A stretch of 61,712 bases of DNA, the filler included, from Candidatus Babelota bacterium (lineage in GTDB: Bacteria; JAGOBX01): assembly GCA_017999075.1 (NCBI GenBank). It is 10 parts of 10 records of this genome, joined end to end, with 100 filler letters (N's around TTAATTAATTAA, not from the genome) between each part and the next. Parts side by side here need not be neighbours in the genome. Positions count along the whole stretch, not along the records: positions 36,276 to 49,684 come from JAGOBX010000043.1; positions 49,785 to 52,695 come from JAGOBX010000526.1; 8 more parts are not named here. The stretch is one strand, 5' to 3'. This document shows, piece by piece, positions 39,889 to 50,600 of this stretch. A program made the translations under genes and the position numbers. The notes below the pieces were generated by a model. The model saw only the letters and a list, made by a program, of their open reading frames with translations. It was not told where the DNA came from and made no database searches. The stretch's first letter is position 1. Each line of letters starts with the position of its first letter.

Positions 39889-40698
39889 TTATATCAGCCT
39901 TTTTTTTTTCAGAAAAATCAGGGTTAAAAAGTAAAATAATCCTATCAGAACCGAGTAATATAAAAAAGTATATCCGAAATATTTTAATTTATCCGGCTCA
40001 ATAATGTAGCTAAGATATATATTTCCCTTGAACTTTTCATAAGGAGATAGTGAAGGAACGCAGTAATATATCATAAACAATATTTGTTCTAATATTTTGT
40101 AAAACTGTTTATATATTCCTGAACTGATTTTAAGTCCTGCATTTGAAGAAAGACACAAATGATAGAAAGTAGATTCATTTAACGATAGTCCGAGAATTAG
40201 CGCGATGGCCGGATGAAATAAAACTGAAAGGAAAGTAAATAAAGCGAACAATACGAAAGATAAATAAAATTTTTCAAATAAAACAAGTATCATTCCTTTT
40301 TGTATTGGTATTGACCAAAATAAAGACAATCCTAATATTGAAATTAGTATAACGGAATAAAAGAATATAATAAAAATTAATCCTGAAATTAATATTGATA
40401 GAGTCCATATTTCTGCTGAACATGGTTTGGTTATTATCATCTTTACCGAACGGTTTTTTATATGTGAAGATAATGTTATAAGGGCAAGTATAACTGTTAT
40501 CGCATAACATGAACTTGTTAATTGTGAAAATATATTTTGAATAATATCGAATTTTTTGGTTGCAGAAAAAAACATTATTGAGGGAATTGCCGATAAAGCT
40601 ACAATCCCTCCTAAAACCAGAATGAAAAGCATGAGCAGTTTGTTTCTGCGAAAATATATTAAAGTAGCTTTAACATTTGCAATAATTTGATTTTTCAT
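39889..40698 (-). CDS. ABC-2 type permease
   Basis: About six hydrophobic segments; follows the ABC ATPase. Confidence 0.75.
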   Translation of the reverse strand: MKNQIIANVKATLIYFRRNKLLMLFILVLGGIVALSAIPSIMFFSATKKFDIIQNIFSQLTSSCYAITVILALITLSSHIKNRSVKMIITKPCSAEIWTLSILISGLIFIIFFYSVILISILGLSLFWSIPIQKGMILVLFEKFYLSFVLFALFTFLSVLFHPAIALILGLSLNESTFYHLCLSSNAGLKISSGIYKQFYKILEQILFMIYYCVPSLSPYEKFKGNIYLSYIIEPDKLKYFGYTFLYYSVLIGLFYFLTLIFLKKKRLI

Positions 40699-40716
40699 GT
40701 TTTTAGTTTAATATAA

Positions 40717-41622
40717 TTATTTACCTTTTAAAATATTGAAAAAAGCATCTTCAAGGGAAATTTTTTTCATAGAACAGTTTATAAGTATACTGTTTGTTTC
40801 AATTATAAATTTAAAAAAATTATTGATATGATAGATATTGACTTCGCATTTGAGAATATCATTTTCCTGATTCAATATTTTTACAAAATCAGGAATTCTA
40901 ATTGTCGAATCAGATAATTTTAATTCAATATTATAGTGCTCTTTATCTGTTCTCATCAAATTTGAAAGTTCATCCTGCACAATTAATTTTCCTTTGTTTA
41001 TTATAGCTACTCGGTTGCAGACAGTTTCAATTTCTGATAACATATGGGAATTAATGACAAATGAAACTCCGTTTTTATTCATATCAAGTATTATGTCGCG
41101 GAATTCTTTTACCATAATAGGATCAAGTCCGCGTGTTGGTTCGTCTAAAAATACAATTTCCACATTTTTTACAAGACAGCACGCTATTCCAAGCTTCTGT
41201 TTCATTCCTTTAGAACATTTTGATAATTGTAAATCACGGTGTTCATATAACCCTATTCGTTTAAGAATTGAAGAAAAATTTTCTTTTTTAACGCCTGTCA
41301 TATATAATGAGGCATAATATTTCAACGCTTCCTCTACAGTAAGATATAAATGATAATGAGGTTCTTCAGGAATATAAGCGATTTTATCAAATAAAATTGA
41401 GCCTGGTTCAGGATGATTTCCGAAAATTTTAATGATTCCTTTATTCGGTTTTATTAAACCCAGAAAACAATACATGGCAGTTGATTTTCCGGCACCATTA
41501 GGGCCGAGCAATCCAAAAATATCGCCGCGGTTGATTTTAATGTTGAAACCGTCAAGTGCGTGTATTTTTTTTTTAAATAAATTTTTTTTAAATAAAACCG
41601 TTACATTATCTGCAGTTATCAT
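40717..41622 (-). CDS. ABC transporter ATP-binding protein
   Basis: GPNGAGKST, SKGMKQKL, FLDEPT, SH. Confidence 0.95.
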   Translation of the reverse strand: MITADNVTVLFKKNLFKKKIHALDGFNIKINRGDIFGLLGPNGAGKSTAMYCFLGLIKPNKGIIKIFGNHPEPGSILFDKIAYIPEEPHYHLYLTVEEALKYYASLYMTGVKKENFSSILKRIGLYEHRDLQLSKCSKGMKQKLGIACCLVKNVEIVFLDEPTRGLDPIMVKEFRDIILDMNKNGVSFVINSHMLSEIETVCNRVAIINKGKLIVQDELSNLMRTDKEHYNIELKLSDSTIRIPDFVKILNQENDILKCEVNIYHINNFFKFIIETNSILINCSMKKISLEDAFFNILKGK

Positions 41623-41626
41623 AATG

Positions 41627-42199
41627 TTATTTTTTTATTGAATTTAATTGAGTTTCTACTAAATTATCAAAAGTAACATCAGCGTTGCTGATTGCTCCAA
41701 TTTCATACATTTTTATTTTTTTATCCAATCCTATAACTATTGTAGTAGGATAGGACTCTACATTATATTTTTTCATTATGCTTCCGTCATTATCCATTCC
41801 AACTATGAATTTTACTTTGTTTTCCGTAACAAAACTCAACACTTGTTCTAATTTATCTCCTGCGTCTATACCTATTATAATACAATCTTTATTTTTAATT
41901 TTGTCGAAATACCTGTTTAATTCGGGGATTTCCATTTTACATGGTTGGCACCATACGGCAAAAAAATTTATTATTATTATTTTTTTGCCGAGATAATCTG
42001 ATAATTTTAGTTTTGTTCCATTTATCAAATCAAGTTCGAAATCAGCTGGTTCTTTACCGAGTAATTTGGTTGAATGATGAACAAAATTGGTCATTTGTTC
42101 GACCTCTTCCTGTGTTGGTTGATTTTTTATTAGATAATGAAACAGCAGCATTATAATAACTAATGATAGGGTTATAATAAGTAAAGTATGATTTTTCAT
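41627..42199 (-). CDS. TlpA/ResA-family membrane-anchored thioredoxin
   Basis: N-terminal TM; INFFAVWCQPCKMEIP; YPTT. Confidence 0.9.
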   Translation of the reverse strand: MKNHTLLIITLSLVIIMLLFHYLIKNQPTQEEVEQMTNFVHHSTKLLGKEPADFELDLINGTKLKLSDYLGKKIIIINFFAVWCQPCKMEIPELNRYFDKIKNKDCIIIGIDAGDKLEQVLSFVTENKVKFIVGMDNDGSIMKKYNVESYPTTIVIGLDKKIKMYEIGAISNADVTFDNLVETQLNSIKK

Positions 42200-42203
42200 T
42201 TTA

Positions 42204-43730
42204 TCAGATATTCTGATTGGGATCAGTTGATTTTATATAATTTAAAATTTCTTTAGCGACATCCGAATATGCAACTACTTTATCATAATCAAAAGAAACG
42301 TTATTTAAATATTGCAAAATAATTGAATCTCCTGCAACTGCATACGGCATTATTCCTGAAAAGAAAAATCCTAATTTTTCAAGTTCGGGTTCAACAAAAT
42401 ATGTGATTGGATTATCGAGACTTAAAAATAATGTTATAGACGCAACCTGTTTAAGACATAAATCACGAAGAATAAATTTTATTTCTTTTAATATTTCCGA
42501 ACCATATTTTTTTACAAATATTTCAGCGCTTCCTTCTGCGGAATGTAAAGAAATGTCGATTACAGATTTATCTTGAGAAAATTTTAATAAACTGCTGTCA
42601 GGATTTTTAAAAATATGTTCTGCTCCAAGGTTTTTATAAAGTTTGTCTGCTATATTTTTATGTTTTTCAGGAACATATAGAGTTAATTGTTCGGGTTTTC
42701 CAATATATTTATAATTTAACACTACGCTTATACGCTGAGATGTGTCTCCATCAATACCTTTGAAATGCCATGTGGCTGGACTTGTGGCAAGTTCTATGCC
42801 GCAATCATTAATGCCGTATTTAATCATTGTTTTTTGAGTATAAGGATGATTTGCTACGGAATAAGCATAAATTCCTTTAAGTTTATATTTTTTTTCAACA
42901 TTGAATAAAAAATCATTCAATCTTGTAAAACATCCTTGTCCGCGGTATTCCGGATTTACAAATACAAAAGTGAGTTCGGCTATTTCCGCTCCTATTTCCG
43001 GATAATAATATGCGGCATGTCCCATAAAAATATTATCTTTTGTAATAGCTACAGCAGAGATTAGCTGATGGCTATTGTTTAATTCTACAAGTTTGTCTGG
43101 ATAATAGATATGATCATCGAAAAAAGTGTATCCGTGAGAAATATAAGCGCCTTTAGAAACCTCAATAGCTTCTTCAGGTTTCATCAATCTAACATCATAC
43201 GGAATTTTTTCAGTGATTATTTTAGGTCCTTTTGTAGGTTCTGGAGATTTGGGCTGAAGTTCTGATTCTGAAAAATATTCAGTGATATTTTTTTTAGGCA
43301 GATATTTTATAATACATGTTTCTTTTCCGTCAAGACCGAGATTATGAAATGAAACTTCATCCATAATTTCTTTCATCAAGTATACTCCCAATCCGGATGA
43401 ACTTTTATTATTTTCAGATGAAATTGAAGATGGATCATATTTGGGAAGTTTTTCCGGATCAAAAGGAATTCCTTTTTCTTTTACAGTAATTTTTATTCCA
43501 AGCGGTATTTTCTCACATATTATATCGAATTCGCTTTGTTCTCCCTCGGCAAACGCATGCTGAATAACATTAACAACAGCTTCTTCGACTCCAAGCTGAA
43601 TCTGATATAATGATTTGCCCGTGAATCCTATTTTTTTTGACATTTCATTAATTGCAGATTGTATGATTTCAAGATATTTAATGTTATTTGGAACAGTTAA
43701 TTTGAAAAAATCCGATGAAAATTTGTTCAT
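42204..43730 (-). CDS. RsbW-like anti-sigma/HATPase domain fused to GNAT-like domain
   Basis: EEAVVNVIQHA, KGIPFDP, GLGVYLMKEIMDEV; then AELTFVFVNPEYRGQG. Confidence 0.8.
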   Translation of the reverse strand: MNKFSSDFFKLTVPNNIKYLEIIQSAINEMSKKIGFTGKSLYQIQLGVEEAVVNVIQHAFAEGEQSEFDIICEKIPLGIKITVKEKGIPFDPEKLPKYDPSSISSENNKSSSGLGVYLMKEIMDEVSFHNLGLDGKETCIIKYLPKKNITEYFSESELQPKSPEPTKGPKIITEKIPYDVRLMKPEEAIEVSKGAYISHGYTFFDDHIYYPDKLVELNNSHQLISAVAITKDNIFMGHAAYYYPEIGAEIAELTFVFVNPEYRGQGCFTRLNDFLFNVEKKYKLKGIYAYSVANHPYTQKTMIKYGINDCGIELATSPATWHFKGIDGDTSQRISVVLNYKYIGKPEQLTLYVPEKHKNIADKLYKNLGAEHIFKNPDSSLLKFSQDKSVIDISLHSAEGSAEIFVKKYGSEILKEIKFILRDLCLKQVASITLFLSLDNPITYFVEPELEKLGFFFSGIMPYAVAGDSIILQYLNNVSFDYDKVVAYSDVAKEILNYIKSTDPNQNI

Positions 43731-43759
43731 GATGTATCTCCTGGATATTAAGTTGAATT

Positions 43760-44713
43760 TTATATTTCTATAAGCATTGAATCATAAGCTTGAGATATTT
43801 TTAAATTATTGTTTTTTATAAAATGCTGAGCATATTTTTTTGTGTCTCCCAAAATTTTATCAAGTTCAAAATCCTCGCGTGAAGGTTCAGAATGAAACAT
43901 TACAAGATGTTTAGTGTTAGATAATGATGCGAATTCTACAGCCAGAAAATTACTTGAGTGCCCCCAATCGCATTTAATATATTCTGAATCAACCAAAGTA
44001 TATTGCGCGTCAAATATCATTAAATCTGAATTTCTGAAAAATTCAATGAATTCCGATCCGATAACTTCTTCTTTATGTTCAGCATCAGTAGAGTAAACAA
44101 TTTTTTTGCCATTTTTAATAAAAGAATATCCGTATGATTTTCCAGGATGGTTTTGTTCAATTATGCTTATTTCATACCCGGATATATTGTATTTTTCTTT
44201 ATTGGACAATTGAATGAATTTTTTTTCTGCTGCCATCATTTTTAGGCTTATTGGAAAAAACGGTTGAGACTGCTGTGTTTCAAAATTTTTTTCCAATTCA
44301 TTATGGACTCCATAAATTATTATTTTGTTGCCTGGAATATATGCTGGTGTAAAAAAAGGAAAACCGTGAATATGATCCCAATGGGTATGAGAAATAAAAA
44401 TATGAAATGTTTTATTTATTTTAATATTTGTATTTTTCATTATATAATTTCCGAAATCACGCAATCCTGTGCCTGCGTCTAATATTATATAATTTTCTTT
44501 ATTCCCATCGTCAATTTGAACACATGAAGTGTTTGTTCCGTAAGCTTTAGATACAGAAAATTGGGCAGTGCTGATAATATTTTTTAAATCTGAATAGGTG
44601 ATACTTTTTTTTTCAGACAATAACTCCAATATTTTATTGAGTTTCATTTCAATTTGATTTGATGTTATTGAAGCGGGTAATGAACCGCGTGTTCCCCAAA
44701 ATTTTACTTCCAT
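43760..44713 (-). CDS. MBL-fold metallo-hydrolase
   Basis: FWGTRGS, LDAGTG, SHTHWDHIHG, HPG, TDAEH, WGHSS. Confidence 0.9.
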   Translation of the reverse strand: MEVKFWGTRGSLPASITSNQIEMKLNKILELLSEKKSITYSDLKNIISTAQFSVSKAYGTNTSCVQIDDGNKENYIILDAGTGLRDFGNYIMKNTNIKINKTFHIFISHTHWDHIHGFPFFTPAYIPGNKIIIYGVHNELEKNFETQQSQPFFPISLKMMAAEKKFIQLSNKEKYNISGYEISIIEQNHPGKSYGYSFIKNGKKIVYSTDAEHKEEVIGSEFIEFFRNSDLMIFDAQYTLVDSEYIKCDWGHSSNFLAVEFASLSNTKHLVMFHSEPSREDFELDKILGDTKKYAQHFIKNNNLKISQAYDSMLIEI

Positions 44714-44897
44714 AGTTTGCTAATTATATAACAAAAATTTAAATCGTCAAATATAATTTGATTTTAAAAATCTTGACAAGTTTGATAATAAAAATATACT
44801 TCTCTTTCATATTAATAATGGAATAAAGATGTTATTTTTTTGTTATGATACCATATCTGAATTTATAAACAATTAAAAAAATAAAGGAAAAAATAAA

Positions 44898-46310
44898 TTG
44901 AAAAAATTGAAAGTGCTGTTTTATGTTTATGATTTTGATGATGAACCTATAGGACTATTATATATATCAGGTATGATGAAATCGGTTGGAGCAAGCGTTG
45001 ACATTGTTCTTACTAAATATGAGAATTATATTGAAAAAACCAAATCATTTAAACCGGATATAGCCGCATTTACTGTAACAACAGGATTTGATAATTATTA
45101 TATTGGAATTGCTGAAACTGTTAAAAAAGTTGATAAAAATATTATTACAATTTTCGGCGGGCCTCATTGCACATTTTTTCCGGAATTTATAGAAAACCAG
45201 AGTAGCGATATTGTATTCAGAGGAGAATCTGAATTAGCAGTATGTGATTTTTTAAAAATTTTTTCTGAAAGCGGAGATTATTCGGAAATAAAAAATATTA
45301 TTTGCAAAAAGAATGGAAAAACAATAATAAACGAGCTTAGAAATCTTGTTCAAGACATAGACGATTTGCCTCAACCTGACAGGGCTCTTCTTTCTAAATA
45401 TAAATTTTACAGGGAAGGTTCTAAAAAAGATTTTATAACAGGACGAGGATGTCCTTTCAATTGTTCATATTGCTTCAATCACGCTTTTAACAAAATGTAT
45501 AAGGGTAAAGGTAAAATAATAAGAAAACACAGCGTTGATTATGTTTTAACTCAAATAAGGGAATTAAAAAAAATCGCAAATGTAAACTTTATACAATTTG
45601 TTGATGATATTTTTATAATATATGAAGATTGGCTAAGAGAATTTTCTGAAAAATATGCTGCTGAATTTGATATGCCGTTTAATTGTAATATAAGAGTTGA
45701 TTATGTTACTGAAAAAACAATTTCGCTGTTAAAAAAATCAGGATGTCATTCTGTTTCAATGGGAATTGAATCCGGTGACGAATATGTTAGAAATAATATT
45801 TTGAAACGCAATTTGAAAGACAAAGAGATAATTGATGCGTGTAAAATAATAAAATCAGCAGGATTAAAACTTGCCACTCAAAATATTGTAGGCATTCCCG
45901 GGGGAAGCCTCGAAAATGATTTTAAAACAATGAGACTTAATTATAAATGCAGGTCGGATTATGCATGGTGTACATTATATCAGCCCTATCCTGGAGTAGA
46001 ATTAACGGAGTATGCAATAAAAATAGGGGTATTTGATGGAAATAGAAAAAATATTTCTGCAAGTTTTCACAATGACAGCATTTTGAATATTCAAAATAAA
46101 ATAGAAGTTATTAATTTGCATAAACTTTTCGGAATAGGCGCAGAATATTGTAAACTTGAATGGTTTATAAAAATTTTAATAAAATTAAGGTTAACATGGT
46201 TTTATTCAATAATAAGAAAAATATGGAATGCATATTGCTATAAATTTAGAATCGCTAGAAAAATTTCCATGAAGGAAATTTTTTGGAAAGCACTATTGAA
46301 AAAAATTTAA
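44898..46310 (+). CDS. B12-binding radical SAM protein
   Basis: GGPHCTFFPE, RGESE, GRGCPFNCSYC, FVDD, GIESG. Confidence 0.9.
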   Translation: MKKLKVLFYVYDFDDEPIGLLYISGMMKSVGASVDIVLTKYENYIEKTKSFKPDIAAFTVTTGFDNYYIGIAETVKKVDKNIITIFGGPHCTFFPEFIENQSSDIVFRGESELAVCDFLKIFSESGDYSEIKNIICKKNGKTIINELRNLVQDIDDLPQPDRALLSKYKFYREGSKKDFITGRGCPFNCSYCFNHAFNKMYKGKGKIIRKHSVDYVLTQIRELKKIANVNFIQFVDDIFIIYEDWLREFSEKYAAEFDMPFNCNIRVDYVTEKTISLLKKSGCHSVSMGIESGDEYVRNNILKRNLKDKEIIDACKIIKSAGLKLATQNIVGIPGGSLENDFKTMRLNYKCRSDYAWCTLYQPYPGVELTEYAIKIGVFDGNRKNISASFHNDSILNIQNKIEVINLHKLFGIGAEYCKLEWFIKILIKLRLTWFYSIIRKIWNAYCYKFRIARKISMKEIFWKALLKKI

Positions 46311-46329
46311 ATTCTCTAAAATTCGAAAT

Positions 46330-47361
46330 ATGGAATTTAACAGCGGAAATTTTAGCCAGGCTTTTTATTTACCAATATTTTTTGTTTTATTAGCATTATG
46401 GTACTACAGGAAATCCTCTAAAAAGTTATATTTATTAGTCAAATCAAACAATATTATATTTGATAAAATGTTTGGAAATTTGTCCATGAAAAAAGCGCGT
46501 TTGAAAATATACGCTCTTTCTTTGACAATGGTTTTAATAACAATATCTATAATGCGGCCGGTTTCAGGCTTAAAACAAAGTATGATATCGCAGAAGTCAT
46601 CGGATATAATTTTTTTAATTGATGTTTCAAATAGTATGGCCGCTACAGATATTAAACCGTCAAGGATTGATTATTTAAAATTTTTTGTAAAAAAATTTAT
46701 TGAAATGTTTTATATAACAGACCGGTCAGGAATTGTTATTTTTGCAGGATCGCCGTTTGTATTATGTCCCTTGACAAACGATTATACCGCGTTTTCAGAG
46801 CTTCTTGATTCTGCGGATATTTCATCAAATTCTGTTCAAGGTACCAATTTTAAATCAGCATTATATGCATCTGCTGATTTACTTTATGGTTTATCGCATT
46901 TTTATAATACTAATAAAATGATTTTACTTTTGACTGATGGTGAAGATTTTAGTTCGGAAGCGTTATCAACAGTGGAAATATTGAAAAAAAAATTTAGTGA
47001 TTTAAAAATTTACTGTATTGGAGTCGGCTCCCAAAAAGGATCAAAGATACTTATGAAAACAGGCGCTGTTTTGAAAGATAATTTTAATAAGGAGGTTATA
47101 ACTAAGTATAACGAAAATCTTTTAAAAAATATTTCTTTATTGACAGGTTCAAAATATTATTACTTAAATGAAAATACATTTGATTTTGTATTTAAAGATT
47201 TAAGTTCTGAGTTAAAAAATATAAACACCTCCTCTAAAGTTATAATAAAATATGCTGAAAAAGAATATTATAAAATATTTTTGATTTTTGCAATAGTGCT
47301 GATCTTAATAGAGACTTTTATCTCTATTTCAAATCCTTGTTTGGATAAAGGAATAGAATGA
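46330..47361 (+). CDS. vWA-domain membrane protein (BatB-like)
   Basis: DVSNSM MIDAS motif, DIKPSR, PLTNDY, LLTDGED; terminal TM segments. Confidence 0.85.
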   Translation: MEFNSGNFSQAFYLPIFFVLLALWYYRKSSKKLYLLVKSNNIIFDKMFGNLSMKKARLKIYALSLTMVLITISIMRPVSGLKQSMISQKSSDIIFLIDVSNSMAATDIKPSRIDYLKFFVKKFIEMFYITDRSGIVIFAGSPFVLCPLTNDYTAFSELLDSADISSNSVQGTNFKSALYASADLLYGLSHFYNTNKMILLLTDGEDFSSEALSTVEILKKKFSDLKIYCIGVGSQKGSKILMKTGAVLKDNFNKEVITKYNENLLKNISLLTGSKYYYLNENTFDFVFKDLSSELKNINTSSKVIIKYAEKEYYKIFLIFAIVLILIETFISISNPCLDKGIE

Positions 47362-48053
47362 TGAACTTGAAAAATATTTTATTTCTTTTAATGCTTGCAA
47401 TTATAATTAATTTTAAGATATTTGACGAAGAATATGAAAATATAAAGAAAGGATATGATTATTTTAGAAAATCTGATTTTAAGCAATCTGCTAAATATTT
47501 TGAAAATATTTTTTTTATTAATCCTGAAAATGCGTTGAATCCTTATAATTTAGCGTTGGTTCAAATGAAATTGAATAATTATAAAAATGCAGTTTCAAGT
47601 TTTAAATTATCAGCTTCATATAATAAAAATGATAAAAATTTATTGATAAAAACTTATTATAATATTGCTGATTCAATGATGAAAATTAAAAATTATCAGG
47701 AAGCTATAATTTACTATAAAAAATGTTTGAAATTAAATCCGGATTTTTTTAATGCCAAATACAATTTGAAGACAGCTATAATGTTGAATCAAGATTCGGT
47801 TAAAACTTCCATTGATAAAAATTCGGATTATAATAAATCTAAAAATAAAAAAGATAATACAAACAGTATCAATAATGATGCGGGAAAACAAAACAACAAA
47901 CAAAATGCAAATAATGAAATTCCGTATTCTCTTCCTATAATATCTAAGGAAAATGCAGACAATATATTTCGTTCAGCTGTTGACATGAATCGAGCCGGCA
48001 AGTATAAACAACCAGGAGTTGTTAGCAGTGATTTCAAGGGAATATCCTGGTGA
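47358..48053 (+). CDS. TPR protein (BatC-like)
   Basis: YNLA and YYNIA..AIIYYKKCLKLNP..AKYNL TPRs, N/K-rich linker, terminal W. Confidence 0.8.
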   Translation: MMNLKNILFLLMLAIIINFKIFDEEYENIKKGYDYFRKSDFKQSAKYFENIFFINPENALNPYNLALVQMKLNNYKNAVSSFKLSASYNKNDKNLLIKTYYNIADSMMKIKNYQEAIIYYKKCLKLNPDFFNAKYNLKTAIMLNQDSVKTSIDKNSDYNKSKNKKDNTNSINNDAGKQNNKQNANNEIPYSLPIISKENADNIFRSAVDMNRAGKYKQPGVVSSDFKGISW

Positions 48054-48059
48054 TTATAT

Positions 48060-49631
48060 ATGCTTAATAATATATATATTGCCGTAATAATTATTTTTTT
48101 TAATATTTTTCCTGCTTTTTCAGAACCTGAATTTACGCCGCTGTTAAATAAATCGGAAATATTTTTTAATGAAGAAGTAATTTATTCAATACAAATAAAA
48201 GGAGAAAATCTGCCCGACTTCACAATTCGCCAAATTCCTGATTTTATTATTGTTGATCAAAAAACAGAATATGCCGGAAATTCATATTTTGAAACAATAA
48301 TTGATGGAAAACTTATACAGTCAATTAATTCAAATAGAGCAAAAATATTATATTTTACCTTGAAACCGTTAAAAACCGGAAATATAAAAATAGGGCCATT
48401 TAACGCCTTGATAGATTCGCAGCCATATATTATTCCCCCTGTAAAGTTATTGGTGAAAAAAAAAGAAAATTCCTTTTCTGAAAAAATTGTATCTGCTGAA
48501 TACAATTCGGGAAGACAGGTTTTTATTGAAACTTCAGTATCTTCTATTTTAAAAAAAAAACAAGAACGTAAAGAAAATCCTGATTTTAATTCTTTTTTTT
48601 ATATCAATGAACCTATAATAGTAGAATATAATTTATATTCAAAGGTAAATATTAAATTTTTGGATAATCCTGAAATACCGATTTACAAAGGGTTTCAAAC
48701 TGAAAATGATTTTGAATTTCAATCAAGTTTTATAAAAAATAAAGATAAGTATAAACTATATTCTATTAGAAGAATTATTTATCCTTTAATAGCTGGAGAG
48801 TTGGTTGTTCCTGGGATAAAAATAAATATGCTGTCTAATTACGATCCTTATTTTAATACAGGGAGAAATATTAAAATCAAATCTGAAGATAAAAAAATAT
48901 ATGTAAGAAAAATTGAAACAAATGATCTTGATTTTACAAGAATTGTTGCTGATTCGATTAGCCTTTCTTATTTTTTTGATACTGATAAAATTCTTGTGCA
49001 CCAACCTTTTACGCTGATATTAAAATTGGACGGAAGGTTTAATTTACGTGTTCCTGTGCCGATGAAATTGAAATTAAGTGATGGATTAAGAGTTTTTAAT
49101 CAAACTGATTCAAATTCGATATCGTGCGATTCATACGGATTATATGGTTCAAAAATTTATAAATATATTTTAATTTCTGAAAATTCAGGAACAGAAACAG
49201 CTTCAATTTCATCAATTTCTTTTTATTCTGATAAATCTAAAAAAATTGAAAAATTGGACTGCCAGATTGTCATTTACGTAGATTCAGATCAAATAAATTT
49301 ACCAGGTGCAGATAAAAGTAATTTTATTTCTTATTACTCTTATCACAAGAAAAAAAGTGCACCGATGTATAAAAAAAATTCGGATATTATTGATAAACTT
49401 TTTGTATTTTTTATAGTGATTTTGTCTAGCATAACATTAATATTTTTTATTAATAAAAAAAAATGCAATAAAATGGCAATTAACAAAAAAACAGTTTTTG
49501 ATAAATTTGATTTGAAAAACATATCTGAAACAATTGAACCGAAAATTTTTTATGAAAGGATATACGATTCATTGGTTTATATATATCTGCTAAATTTAAA
49601 ATCAATTTTGCAGCTAATCCTGATTAATTGA
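48060..49631 (+). CDS. BatD-like exported protein
   Basis: Signal peptide; LKPLKTGNIKIGP, INEPIIVEYNLY, IYPLIAGELVVP; C-terminal TM; follows BatB/BatC-like genes. Confidence 0.75.
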   Translation: MLNNIYIAVIIIFFNIFPAFSEPEFTPLLNKSEIFFNEEVIYSIQIKGENLPDFTIRQIPDFIIVDQKTEYAGNSYFETIIDGKLIQSINSNRAKILYFTLKPLKTGNIKIGPFNALIDSQPYIIPPVKLLVKKKENSFSEKIVSAEYNSGRQVFIETSVSSILKKKQERKENPDFNSFFYINEPIIVEYNLYSKVNIKFLDNPEIPIYKGFQTENDFEFQSSFIKNKDKYKLYSIRRIIYPLIAGELVVPGIKINMLSNYDPYFNTGRNIKIKSEDKKIYVRKIETNDLDFTRIVADSISLSYFFDTDKILVHQPFTLILKLDGRFNLRVPVPMKLKLSDGLRVFNQTDSNSISCDSYGLYGSKIYKYILISENSGTETASISSISFYSDKSKKIEKLDCQIVIYVDSDQINLPGADKSNFISYYSYHKKKSAPMYKKNSDIIDKLFVFFIVILSSITLIFFINKKKCNKMAINKKTVFDKFDLKNISETIEPKIFYERIYDSLVYIYLLNLKSILQLILIN

Positions 49632-50132
49632 CGGTATTTGAGCTATTAAATAAAACAAGTATCACTATTGAAAAAACAGAAAAANNNNNNNNNNNNNNNN
49701 NNNNNNNNNNNNNNNNNNNNNNNNNNNNTTAATTAATTAANNNNNNNNNNNNNNNNNNNNNNNNNNNNNNNNNNNNNNNNNNNNTTCCTGTTCGGTTTTA
49801 TAATTCATTTTTTAATTTCTCAATAAATCTTTAAATTTTTTTTCTAATTTTATTCTGGTTATCATCGAATAATCTTACAATATCCATTATATTTCTACAA
49901 TCGCCGAATTATAATTTAAATTTAAATTTTTTAAATTATCATACTGACACATTTTTTTAAATTTTTCTTTTTCTGTTAATTTTTGTTTTTTGTAATTTGA
50001 ATTTTTAAAATATTCTCTTCTTTTTTCTAAAAGTTCTTCGGTTTCATCAAACATAATAATAATACTCCTAAAATTTTTATAAAAAGCGACGGGGGATTAA
50101 CTGCAAAATCCGCACCGCCGCCGATAAGCTAA

Positions 50133-50582
50133 TTAAAATTCGTCTTCATATAATTTATTTATATCTTTATGTTTTAATAATTTAATAGCGGAATAATCAA
50201 AAGTCAAACATTTTTTTTCAAGACAAAATTTATGCTGATAACATTTTTGTCTAAGCGGATTTTTATAAAAATTCAAATCCAATTTATCACGTTTAGGACA
50301 AAAAAACAAATCTTTTTTTATTGGTCTTTTAAGTTTTCTACTTAATTTTTTTAATTTGAAAATTTTTGTTTGATTCCCTCTTTTATATTGGCAGCCGCAA
50401 GATAAATTTGTTTTTCGCTTTATAGCTATTCTAATATCCTGCGAACTTTTGTCAAAGATATTTCCACATTGACATTGTAAAACATAAACAAAACAACCAA
50501 ACTTATTTTTACCTTTTAATTTTATTATAATTGATTTCCCGATTTGCATACCTTCTTTTATTTCAAATTTTCGAGCCGGCAT
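50133..50582 (-). CDS. Phage-type Cys-rich basic protein (HNH/AP2-associated N-terminal motif)
   Basis: QCQCGN..LSCGC motif; GGAGG RBS. Confidence 0.5.
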   Translation of the reverse strand: MPARKFEIKEGMQIGKSIIIKLKGKNKFGCFVYVLQCQCGNIFDKSSQDIRIAIKRKTNLSCGCQYKRGNQTKIFKLKKLSRKLKRPIKKDLFFCPKRDKLDLNFYKNPLRQKCYQHKFCLEKKCLTFDYSAIKLLKHKDINKLYEDEF

Positions 50583-50600
50583 ATTAAATATTCAACCTCC

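Noticed and set aside
49570-49684. Phase-variable TA-dinucleotide frameshift at the end of the BatD-like gene
   Set aside because: The run is short, the alternative frame also stops soon, and the contig end is adjacent, so an error cannot be excluded.
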